DNA from: Octopus vulgaris
Lineage: Eukaryota
Direction of reading: 5' to 3'
NCBI GenBank assembly: GCA_951406725.2
Contig: OX597815.1
Location: forward strand, 151,714,001-151,778,000
DNA length: 64,000 nt
The notes under the pieces were generated by a model. It saw only the letters and a list, made by a program, of their open reading frames with translations, was not told the DNA's origin and made no database searches. Below, piece after piece: positions 53,612 through 64,000 of this stretch. Within the stretch, counting starts at the first letter, position 1. Each line of letters begins with the position of its first letter. A program made the translations under genes and the position numbers.

Positions 53612-54215
53612 TTAATTCGTTTATTGACCACAAGGGCTTACATAAAATTACATTAAAACACATACAACAACTTAAAAGACAAAAACAGGACGATACAATA
53701 GGTTTTACAATGTGTAAACAATATAAATAATGATCAACAATTAAACAATTTATAACTCCCAATAGGAGAGGTGCTTTAAGGACCTCGTGGAAAACCCCAC
53801 AAAAGCCAAAGGTGCCTGAACAACAGGGCAAGAGCCCTTCTTTTGTTTACAGGTGCACGCTCAGAATTGGTCCTTTCACATTGGCCATTCTTCCAAATTC
53901 ACCCACCTTTCGACAAACTTGCTACAAGGCAACACTTACCTCTAAACCCTCAACTTCCTCTTCAAGTTAAACTTGAAAAAGTTGATGAGGGCTTGACCAA
54001 AGAGGAAAGTGCTTGTCTTAAGCCCTTTCAAACAGGTCCACCATACTACCTCTTTCACTACAGCCACTAGACAAATACAAATTGCCTTCCCCTTCTGGCC
54101 AAAAGAGGATGGCGGAGCAATCCTCACAATGGATTCAGCTGATAGTCAGATCTGTCCCACACACGACAGCAGATGTTCGACATAAACCCACAGGTCAGCA
54201 ATATTTGGGCACATG
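53612..54215 (-). mobile_element. 3' end of a Tx1/L1-clade LINE
   Basis: CPNIADLWVYVEHLL, VKEVVWWTCLKG, FFKFNLKRKLRV, FVERW; 3'UTR with AATAAA and a (TTA)n tail. Confidence 0.7.
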
Positions 54216-54615
54216 GCCTAAAATTTGTAAGGAGGCAACTGGTTGATTACATCAACCTCACTGTCTCACTGTTACTCAATTTATCAACCCTGAAAGGATA
54301 AAAGGTAAAGTCAACTTCGGCAGAATTTGAACTCAGACTGTAGCACCAGATGAAATACTGCTAAGCATTTTGTCCAGCATGCTAATGAAACTGCCAGCTC
54401 GCTGCCTTAAATCATCATCATCATCATCATCATCGTTTAACGTCCGTTCTCCATGCTAGCATGGGTTGGACGGTTCGACCGGGATCTGGGAAGCCAGAAG
54501 GCTGCACCAGGCTCCAGTCTTATCTGGCAGTGTTTCTACAGCTGGATGCCCTTCCTAACGCCAACCACTCCGTGAGTGTAGTGGGTGCTTTTTACGTGCC
54601 ACCTGCACAAATAAC

Positions 54616-54656
<41 letters not shown>

Positions 54657-54702
54657 TAACAACAACAACAACAACAACAATAATAATGATGATGATGATA
54701 AT

Positions 54703-57700
54703 AATGGAACAAACAAGTCAATGCTGTGGTCCTGGAGTGTTACTACTTGAGCAACCCTATAGATGAAAATAGTGCTCATATCAGGGGATACCAACAACAT
54801 ATATATGATCAATTGAGAAAAAGAGGATTGTTTCAGCTCACAGAACAGAGATTATGTGATCAAGCTAGAGCAATAAGAAAAAATCGCTAGTTCACAGAAG
54901 TAGAGCTTGAAGCTATCAAAAGATGAGTATTAGAAAACAGCAGCAGTGGAAACAATGAAAACACAGTTCCTACTGATAAAAGTAATCTCATAGCAGAAAA
55001 CAAAGGTGAGACCTCTAATAAACTGCAGGAAAGGAACAGTGATAACTTGCTTGATGAGAGACATATAGATGGTTTGCAAGAAGACAATAGAACTAATAGT
55101 GACATGACAATGGGCAAAAGGCAATCAATGACAGAATAACGAGAAGACTACAGGAGAACAATAACAACATTATTTGCAGCCTTAAAAAGGTTGATCAGGG
55201 GAAATTGAACCAAGAAACGAAAAATGTGAATGAAATTCTGAAATATATCAGAACAAAAAACATCACAGAAACACATATTTTGATCAAGGCAGCAAGTATG
55301 GTTGTAGCAGGAAATACGGGTGCTGTGTTGATGTCAAGGAAAAGAAATATAATGGGAGTGACAAAAGGAAAGGCGAGGTTAGATATGCTCTTGAAGGACA
55401 TTTCTGTGTTAGACCAAAAAGAGAAGGGGGAGCTTAAAAGTGAACAAAATCCAGGACACTAAACAGGAAGTATAATATTGAAAGAAAGGGCCTGCAAGTG
55501 GTAATAGAGGAACTGAAACATTGCCTCATTGTATAGATGGTAAGATATGACTAAAGAATGAAGGGATACCAGCAGAATAGGCTATTCAGAGTAGATCAGA
55601 AGAGATTCTACAAAGAAATAAATGGAGAGTGTACAGATAAAAAGTTGATACCAGATAACATTGAAAGACAAAGGTTTTGGAGAGACATCTGGAGCAAAGT
55701 GAAGGAGCACAAAAAGGATGCTGAACTAAAGCAAACAGTAGCCTGTCCACAACAAGCAGAACTAGTCATTTCAGTCAGGAAAGTGAAAGAAATCAGCAAA
55801 AAAATGGGCAACTGGAAGGCTCTGGGACCAGATGAAGTTCATGGCTACTGGATCAAAGATTTGGTGAATGTCATGCATGAATAGCTTCACAACTCAACAC
55901 CTTTTTAAATGCCGACCAAGTAACAACAGAGTGGTTGACAATGGGTAGAAGAGTGCTGTGCTTGAAAAACATAAAAAAAGGCAATATGGTAGACAATTAC
56001 AGACTGATATCCTGATTACCACTTATAAGGAAATTATTGACTGGAATAGTCGCAGAGTCAATATACAGACATCTAGAAAAAATGGAGTACTGCCATATGA
56101 GCAGAAGGGTTGCAAGCGTAAGTGCAGAGGTGTAAAGGACCAACTCCTGGTAGAGAAAACTGTACTTAAAGACTGCAAGAAGAGGAAAACTAATTTAGCC
56201 ATGTCATAGATCAATTATTGTAAGGCACATCAAACATTGAACAATTGCTTGGAAAAAGTATGGTGAAGTAGAGGATGGAACTGTCAGCATATGGAAGAAG
56301 TTTAGGAACAATAGAAATCAAGAGAGGCATTTTCCAAGGAGATTGCATGTCCCCACTAATCTTTGTACTGTGCATGATTCCACTAACACTGATTCTGAGG
56401 AAAGCAAAGGCTGGGTATGTATTCAAAAGCTGCCAGAAAAAAGTCAACCATTTGTTATTCATGGATGACTTCAAACTTTATGGTAAAGATGAATCCCAAG
56501 TCAGTTCCCTCGTTGGTATGGTGTATACTTTCAGTGCTGATATCAGAATGGAGTTTGGATTGAAAAAATGTGGTGTGTTAGTCTTGAAGAGAAGCAAAAT
56601 TAAATGTATGGATGGGATAGTGATACCATTGGGTGAGGTTATGAAACTAATAGAAGAGATAGGCTGTAAGTACTTGGGGATATTAGAAATGGATTAATTG
56701 GTGGAGAAAGAAATGACAGAAAAATTTAAGGTGGAGTACTTGCACAGACTGAGATTGATCCTTAAGTCAAAATTAAGCAGACGGAATAAGATTGAAGCTA
56801 TCAATACCTGGGCGGTTTTACCCCTTAGATACGGAGCAGGGGTAATTGCATGGACAGTAGACAAACTAAACAGCTTAGACAGAAAGACAAGGAAGTTGCT
56901 CACTAGATATGGGATACTCCACCTTAAAAGTAACACAGAGAGACTGTATTTACCAAGAAAATGTGGGGAAGAGGACTGATTGAATGTGAACAAAGCATTA
57001 GAGCAGAAGAAAACAACGTAGCATGGTATGCAAAAAATGCCACAGGACTGCTATTATTGGAAGTAAAAAGGTCAGGTTTGTGTAGGATGGAAGATTGCAA
57101 AGATAAAGCCCTGTACAAGGACTGAGAATAAATGAAACTGAAAATAGGTGGATAAAGAAAATAATGCATGGACAATTTTATAGCGATGTTGAAGATAAGA
57201 CAGACACAGAAAAAAGATGGTAATGGATGACTAAAACGGAGGCTCTAATCTGCCCAAGAGCAAGTATTAAGAATCAATTTCATCAAATACAGAATAGACA
57301 ATACATCAGAAAGTGATAAGTGCAGAATTTGTGGACAAAATGGTGAAACCATATGGCATATTACCAGTCAATGTATACCACTAGCACAGAAAGAATACAA
57401 GAGACATAATGACAACATAGCAAAGATTGTCCATTACACTTTGCAACAAGTACGAACTTGACAGAGCAAAAAAGTGGTACGAGCATAAACCTCAAGGCAT
57501 CATTGAAAATGATAATGCAAAGATCCTATGGGATTTTATGATTCAGTGCGACCATGAGATAGAGAATAGGAAACCAGACATAGTGTTAACTGAGAAAGAA
57601 AGCAAACTATCCTGGATCATAGATATAGTACGCCCAACTGACACGGTATGTGATAAGGAAGAAAGAAATGTCGAGAGATATGACAGGTTAGCTTGGGAGG

Positions 57701-57965
57701 TTAAGCAGCCATGGTCACTGAAAAAGGTAGTAGTAGTACTGATAATTGTAGGGAGTTCTGGGAACAGTGAGTAAAAATCTTGAGAAGTACTTGGAACAAA
57801 TAGGGGCTGCAATAAGGGCGGAACACTTGCAGAAAACAGCAATGCTTGGAACCACTCGAATACTCGGGAAGGTGCTCAAAAAATAAGAAGTGTTACCTTA
57901 GTTCACTGGTAGTGAACAGCTAACACAGTTGTACATCTCCAGTATTAGAAGCTGCGCAAAGGCAT
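54703..57965 (+). mobile_element. Near full-length degraded R4/Dong-clade RLE retrotransposon
   Basis: QQNRLFRVDQKRFY, WKALGPDEVHGYWIK, EQKGCKR...KDQLLV, GIFQGDCMSPL, HLLFMDDFKLY, FGLKKC, YLGI, the CCHC knuckle CRICGQNGETIWHITSQC and the RLE motif RKPDIV...IIDI; flanked by (AAT)n. Confidence 0.9.
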
Positions 57966-57989
<24 letters not shown>

Positions 57990-57996
<7 letters not shown>

Positions 57997-58153
57997 CAAC
58001 AATATCGAAAAATAGCTTAGGAATGAGAACCCAGGTTCGAAATTTCCCCAAGACACCTGATGAATGCTAGAGGGTGTATCAGCCGAAACATTGTGTTAAC
58101 AACAAAAAAGAGGGGAACAAATATCCGTCAAATGTAAATAATGTAAATAATGT
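57990..58153 (+). mobile_element. Family D 3' part (headless) with hammerhead motif
   Basis: Matches 40200-40355; CTGATGA at 58057-58063 and GAAAC at 58085-58089. Confidence 0.8.
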
Positions 58154-58221
58154 TCAGAACATAAAGATGGACAAAATTCTGCAAAACATTTTGCCCAGAA
58201 TGCCAGCTCACCACAATGAAT

Positions 58222-58461
58222 AATAAAGAAAAGTCGAGAGATATGACATGTTAGCTTGGGAAGTTAAGCAGTTGTGGTCGATGAAAAAGGTAGCTGTAGT
58301 ACCAATAAATGTTGGTGGAGCACTTGCAGAAAACAGCACTGCCTGGAATTGCTCGAATACTCAGGAAAGTGCTCGAAAAATAAGAGATGTTACCTTAGTT
58401 CACTGGAAGTGAACAGCTGACACTATAGTACATTCCCAGCGTTAGAAGCTGTGCAAAGGCA
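58222..58461 (+). mobile_element. Second, internally deleted 3' fragment of the R4/Dong element
   Basis: Diverged copy of 57655-57965, followed by (AAT/GAT/AAC)n. Confidence 0.85.
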
Positions 58462-58909
58462 ATGATAATGATAATGATGATGATGATAACAACAACAACA
58501 ACAACAACAACAATAATAATAATAATGATAATAATAATCATAATAATAATAATGGGGGAAGGGGCTAGTCTATTAAATTGCTTCACTGGTATTTATTTCA
58601 TCAACCCTTAAAAGATGAAAAGCAAAGTCGACCTCAGTAGAATTTGTGCTCAGAATATAAAGACAGGCGAAATGCTGTTGAGAAATTTGTCCAGCTTTAT
58701 CTCTTACATATTACAAACAGTGGATGCAGTGACTATGTTGCGCCATTAGCACAACAAACCCGAACTATTGTATGACGTCTTTTCATCACTAAAGATTTTC
58801 ACAATGACTGATTTTGCCACTTTGCAAAAAGATACGTAAAATGTCACTGAGACTACATCTATATTCTCTTTTTGGCCAACTTCAAAACAACTTTGTTTTT
58901 ATGCATTTA

Positions 58910-58992
58910 TTGGACTCTTCAAATGTCTTGGACTCTTCAAATGTTTTGGACTCTTCATTTATTGGACTCTTCAAAGGTCTTGGACTCTTCAA
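58910..58992. repeat. Minisatellite of five ~18-bp units TTGGACTCTTCAAAKGTY
   Basis: Seen directly. Confidence 0.9.
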
Positions 58993-61900
58993 GGAACCAG
59001 TGTCCCATTCAGGGGCAATGTTGTGATCTTAATTCCTTATACGCCGTGGAAACCAGGTAAGCAGCCTTATGAGTTGGCTTGAGAAGAAGAAAAAGGAAAA
59101 GAACTTTCTTCCTTAATATAGTTTTCTGCTTTTAGATTGTAGGCAATAGCAAACCTTAGTTACTTTCATCATATACCCATAATCTTGAGGATAAGGTTCT
59201 CTACAGCTTCCTCCCTGGATTTGGATTTCTAAGACCCTAAAGAGCATAAGTCACTGACAACTTTCCTCCACTATTCACAACACTGGTTTATCTTTCCTTG
59301 GATCGCTGCTTTTTCAGCTCTTTCTTTTGGATTTTGCTATGCCATGTCATAGGCTTCTCTGAGAGAAGGCCTCAATCCCCTTGAACTGTCATCAATGCCT
59401 CTGTAACTTTGCCTTTTTTCTTGAAAGAGATGTTTGTCCCACACAAATTCATTTTTACATCATAAGTGCAAGAAAGAAATTTGCTTAGTGGGTGCAAACC
59501 CAGGTCCAACCCAAGATGTTCAAAGCGTTTTTAATGCCCTACCAAGTGGCTGCAAGTGCACTCCCTGCACCCCTTTTTCTCAAGCTTATGCTGGGAAGCA
59601 GCGGGCCATAGGCATTTATCCTTTGACCTATCCAGAATGGGAAGCCTTAGCAGGAGCTTGCGTTTCACTGATATAGCTCTCAGAATCACTGAGGCACATA
59701 ATCCACAACATCACAACAAGGGTGGGACCCTGTGTTTGTGTATCTGTGCTTGCTGTATTGATAATATGAATTGTACTCTCATGGACATTCTATAATAAAC
59801 ACCAAATACACAAAGTCACAAATTACCATCAGTATAACTAAATGTTTTAGTTACACAATAGATTAATGATGTGATGTTGAACCATGAAACAACAGTAAGC
59901 ACTGTAGCCATCATACACAATCACCATTATAATTTCAAGTTTCTTTCTATAATAACTAAAAATATTTCCACATAAATATAATACAATTACAGGCATAAAT
60001 AAATAGCAACACATAAACAAGCTCAGAAACATCTTTGACTTCAAAGAAATGGCTGCTGAATGTCTGAGAGCAGCCAGATTTAATTTTTATGGTAATCCTC
60101 TCCCACTTTTTAAAAATGAAAATACACTTAATTAATAATAATGATGATGGTAATGATGATAAGAGAATAAATAATATTATAATATTACAGAATTGGGTTC
60201 AGTAGAACTATGCTAATTTGCACATAAATATTAAGGCTATATTTTAGCCATGTTGCTAGCATGCCAAACAAAATTTTTAGTAACATTCCTTCCAGCTTTA
60301 TGTCCTGAGTTCAAATCTTGTTAAGGTCAACTTTGCCTTCCATGTTTTTTGGGGTAGATAAAATGAAGTACCAGTTGAACACTCATGTGCTTCCCCAAAA
60401 TTGCTGGTCTGACAACACTTCCATGCCTTAGTGGCCAATAAATGACATAATAATAATAATAATAATAATAATAATATATTTTGGGAATAAGTGGATGTTA
60501 TATGCCATCAAATATGTTACATAAACAGATTGATAATGAGGGAGTGTGTGTGTGTGCACGCGTGTGTGTGTGTGTGTGTGTATGTGCGTGTGTGTATGTG
60601 TGTGCGTGTGTATGAGTAAGAGTTTTATTGTTTGTGTGTGTGAATGAGTGATGCTATTGGTATGTTGGTGTGCATTGTATGTGTCATTATGTTTACAATG
60701 TGTGTGTGTGTGTGTGGTGGTGAAGAATGTTTGAGTCAGTCTCTGAAATAAAAGAGTGATTGATTCATAAAAATTACTTCCGAAAGAATCATATCATCTT
60801 ATTATTTATTCTATTTTATTTTATTTTATCCTTTTTGTTTGTTTGTTTTTTCGTGGGTGGTGGTGGTTGTGGTGGGGCTCAATTTTTTTTTTTTAATTCT
60901 ATTTTATCATTTTCTTTTGTTGTCCAGTCAGACAATAATTTCATCTCATTGTGTTTTAAACATTAAGAAGCAACACACAGTTATATTTTCATGACTTATT
61001 GACGGCTTCTCACGTATGTTTTCTTTAATAATTCTCAATGATGTGTTTCACTGCAGGCCATTTTATTTGCTAAATATATATTTCTTTTTTTGGTGAATAA
61101 ATTTCGGTTGAGAGGCCAAGTTATTTTTCTTCTCCTTCAAACAATTTTAATTATAGAATCAGTTGGAAAAACAAGACCAAAATTTCTGTCAGTTTTTCAT
61201 CTATATTGTAAATAAAATCATTTTCCTCATTGATTTATTCAAATGCTACAGCAGCATTTCACCTGAAACAGAACTGCAAAATAACAGAACACTCATTGGT
61301 TGTATAGTGATCCCACCATTTACTTTGAATCATGGCAGTTGCTCTCCCTTCTATAAAAGTACGAGACAAGTAAGTTAATACATTTCTTACACTATTATCT
61401 GTATTGTATATGAATGTGGGATTTCCACTGATATATAAAAGTTAACGCTTTTGTTGTTGTTGTTGTTGTTTTAAGGGTGGTGGATTGGCAGAATTGTTAA
61501 AGCATCAGACAAAATGCCTTGCAATATTTAGATGTATTTCTCTATGTTCTGACTTCAAATTCTACCAAAGTCAACTTTGATTTTCATCTTCCTGGGGTAG
61601 CAGAATCATTTGAGTATCAGAAAAGCCAAAAAGTGCCGTGAAATGTTTGTCCCATTTCTATATATTGTGATTTCAAATGCTTTTGAGAATCAAATTTACC
61701 TTTCATTGTTTTAGTAGAAGCATCAACCATCTTGTTGTGCCATTATTATTATTATTGGTACTTAAAATGTATGCACATGTATTATTTTGCTCTGAAACTT
61801 GATCATATTTATAGCATTATTAAATGAAATTTTCTTTGGAGTATTGGCTAAAAAAAGGATTATTATTAGCTGTTGAAAGCTTGTCCTCAACATCTGGGAG

Positions 61901-62159
61901 TAGAAAAAATAGACTTTATCTTATTTACATACATGATATTATTTCTTTCAAACTGACTATCAAACATAAATATGGTACATGATAAACATTGTATTATGAA
62001 ATAAGAATAAAAGAAACAATGCAACTACAAAATACACAAAATACACAATGACTATTTTGATAAACTATTAAAAGAAAAAAAAAAAAAATCCAAGCTGTCC
62101 AACAAATAATTTTGAAGCTAGCAACATAAACCACAATAGAGATACTCATACAGTATCTG

Positions 62160-62940
62160 GCATTTTAAATCGTTTATACCAGGGTTGTGTTAAAGCTAAC
62201 CTTCCCTCAATTCTAATATAGAACAGAACTTTAGACTTAATACAGTTCCATGTAAAAAAAAGTGTTATTTAGAAAATTTTATAAAATCAGAACCTGCTGC
62301 AGAAAAATCAAAGAAAAACAATTGAATAACTGTGCTATGGTAAAGATGGAACTTGGTTGAACTTACCTCTAAAGCAGTAAGTACATGAACAGGACATCTC
62401 AGGAGAAAAGCTTTCAATTGAAAAAGGGAAAAGCTATGGCACAATCTGCTGCACTTTTAAATTGAAGAACTCAACCAAAATATTGGTTCAGTTGTTAGAT
62501 ATACTTGCACACAAGCACCTGTGATCTAACATATTGGGCAAAGAAACACAAGGGTGACAAAAAAAGGCACTGGAGATGATGTGGAGCGATGGCTAATAAC
62601 ATTTTTGTATTGCTGTATAGGCAGGTAGATAAAGCAAGACTGGCGAGAGGCTAATGTGATCAGAGGGTACCAAAATGAATCTGCAAGTCTTAATGACGTC
62701 TGAAGGTCACAAAACCATACCAGAACTATTGCCAGTTGAAAGCACAAAGAAAAAGGACATAAGCTTGACGGTACTGGGCAAAACACCAAGCTGCTACATT
62801 TGTCAAGGTTTGAACCAGCTCAGAGTTTCTTGTCTGTAGAACTAGAAAGATTAAACAAAGAAGTAAGAAATTAAAGTACGGGAGGCCATCCAAGGCAAGA
62901 ATAAGAGCAATGGACCCAAGCTTCCAGAGTGACATTAGTC
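62160..62940 (+). mobile_element. Possible Tx1/L1 ORF1 (gag-like) fossil
   Basis: Broken frames end in LTVLGKTPSCYICQGLNQLRVSC, a degenerate CX2CX4HX4C knuckle. Confidence 0.4.
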
Positions 62941-63533
62941 AGCAATTGTTCTGCTTCTTTACTGTCAGAGTTCAAATCCTACTGAAATCAACTTTGTGTT
63001 TTTATACATTTTTTCGGTTGATAAAGTAATGCACCAGTCCAGTGTCATCCTTCATGGAATCAACTACCCTCCTTTCTTCAGAACTGGTGGCCTTCTGATT
63101 AATGTAGGATCTGTCATTGCTGTTGCTGCTGTGACGACGATGAGGATGATGATGAGGATGATGAGGAGGAGGAGAAGAAGGAAGATTTTAAACCCCAGGT
63201 CAACACTGACAGTAGCAAATTTATGATCAAAACCGTTCCAACCTTAACCATTCCAACATGTTTATCTATGATTACATTATCCAATGTGTCTTTTTCTTTT
63301 CATGACAACATATATATATATATGTACGCACACACACACACACGTGTGTGTGTGTGTATATATATATATACATTTACACACATGCACATACATATACACA
63401 CATGTATATACACTCCAAGGAGTGAAATAATAAGAAAAGATTATTATTATTAACTTGGCATTTTTTCTTGCATTCAAGTACAATTTTCCATTAATGAACT
63501 TATCAAAAAAAAAAAAAATAAAGGTTTTCAATG

Positions 63534-63810
63534 CAGTTCTATATTTGAGAGATGAGGGATTATGTACATTATTTACATCATTTACATTTGACGGATATTT
63601 ATCCTCATCTTATTTGTTGTTAACATAACGTTTCAGCTGATTTACTCTCCAGCATTCATCAGGTATCTTGGGCAAATTTCGAACCTGGGTTCTCATTCCA
63701 TATGGCATTGTGGTTAAGAGTGCGGGCTACTAACCCCAAGATTCCGAGTTTGATTCCAGGCAGTGACCTGAATAACAACAACAACAATAATAATAATGAT
63801 AATGATAATC
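63534..63810 (+). mobile_element. Family D element: inverted 3' part fused to a forward tRNA-like head
   Basis: The inverted part 63534-63699 starts at the same CAGTTCTATATTT as 39505. The head 63701-63770 has A-box TGGCATTGTGG and B-box GAGTTTGATTCC, followed by the (AAC/AAT)n linker interrupted by an RTE 3'UTR. Confidence 0.8.
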
Positions 63811-64000
63811 ATCATCATCATCATCATCATCATTTAGCGTCCGCTTTCCATGCTAGCATAGGTTGTACGGTTCAACTGGGGTCTGGGAAGCCAGAAGGCT
63901 GCACCAGGCCCAGTTTGATCTGGCAATGTTTCTACGGCTGGATGCCCTTCCTAACGCCAACCACTCCATGAGTGTAGTGGGTGCTTTTTACGTGCCACCA

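Noticed and set aside
52274-54812. ORFs with poly-YVCM, poly-I, poly-L and poly-Y runs
   Set aside because: Translations of (CATA)n and (AAT)n microsatellites.
63701-63770. tRNA gene
   Set aside because: A/B boxes are present but there is no convincing acceptor stem, and the sequence is fused to a repeat body; this and the other heads are SINE-type.

Overview
Eukaryotic, AT-rich, repeat-saturated genomic DNA. The SINE, LINE and microsatellite content suggests an octopus or other coleoid cephalopod (inference). Two host genes are recognisable, both on the minus strand: TTC19 (one large 3' coding exon, N-terminal exon not found) and LSM10 (uninterrupted CDS). There are also weak candidate exons of an unidentified gene near 27-29 kb. 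The rest is mobile DNA: three tRNA-derived SINE families, RTE, CR1, L2/CR1-like, Tx1/L1, HERO and R4/Dong LINE fragments, mariner fossils, non-autonomous Helitrons, MITEs and microsatellites, including a ~1.85 kb TA/TACA array inside a SINE. The most interesting signal is a non-coding element at three loci (39.5-40.4 kb, 58.0-58.2 kb, 63.5-63.8 kb). It joins a tRNA-like Pol III head, an (AAT)n linker and a minimal type I hammerhead ribozyme, and it shows Penelope-style architecture: a 5' inverted copy carrying a ~35-nt tail extension, and a 13-bp TSD at one locus. It is a candidate Penelope-mobilised ribozyme SINE. All calls were made by eye; repeat boundaries are approximate and no database search was run.
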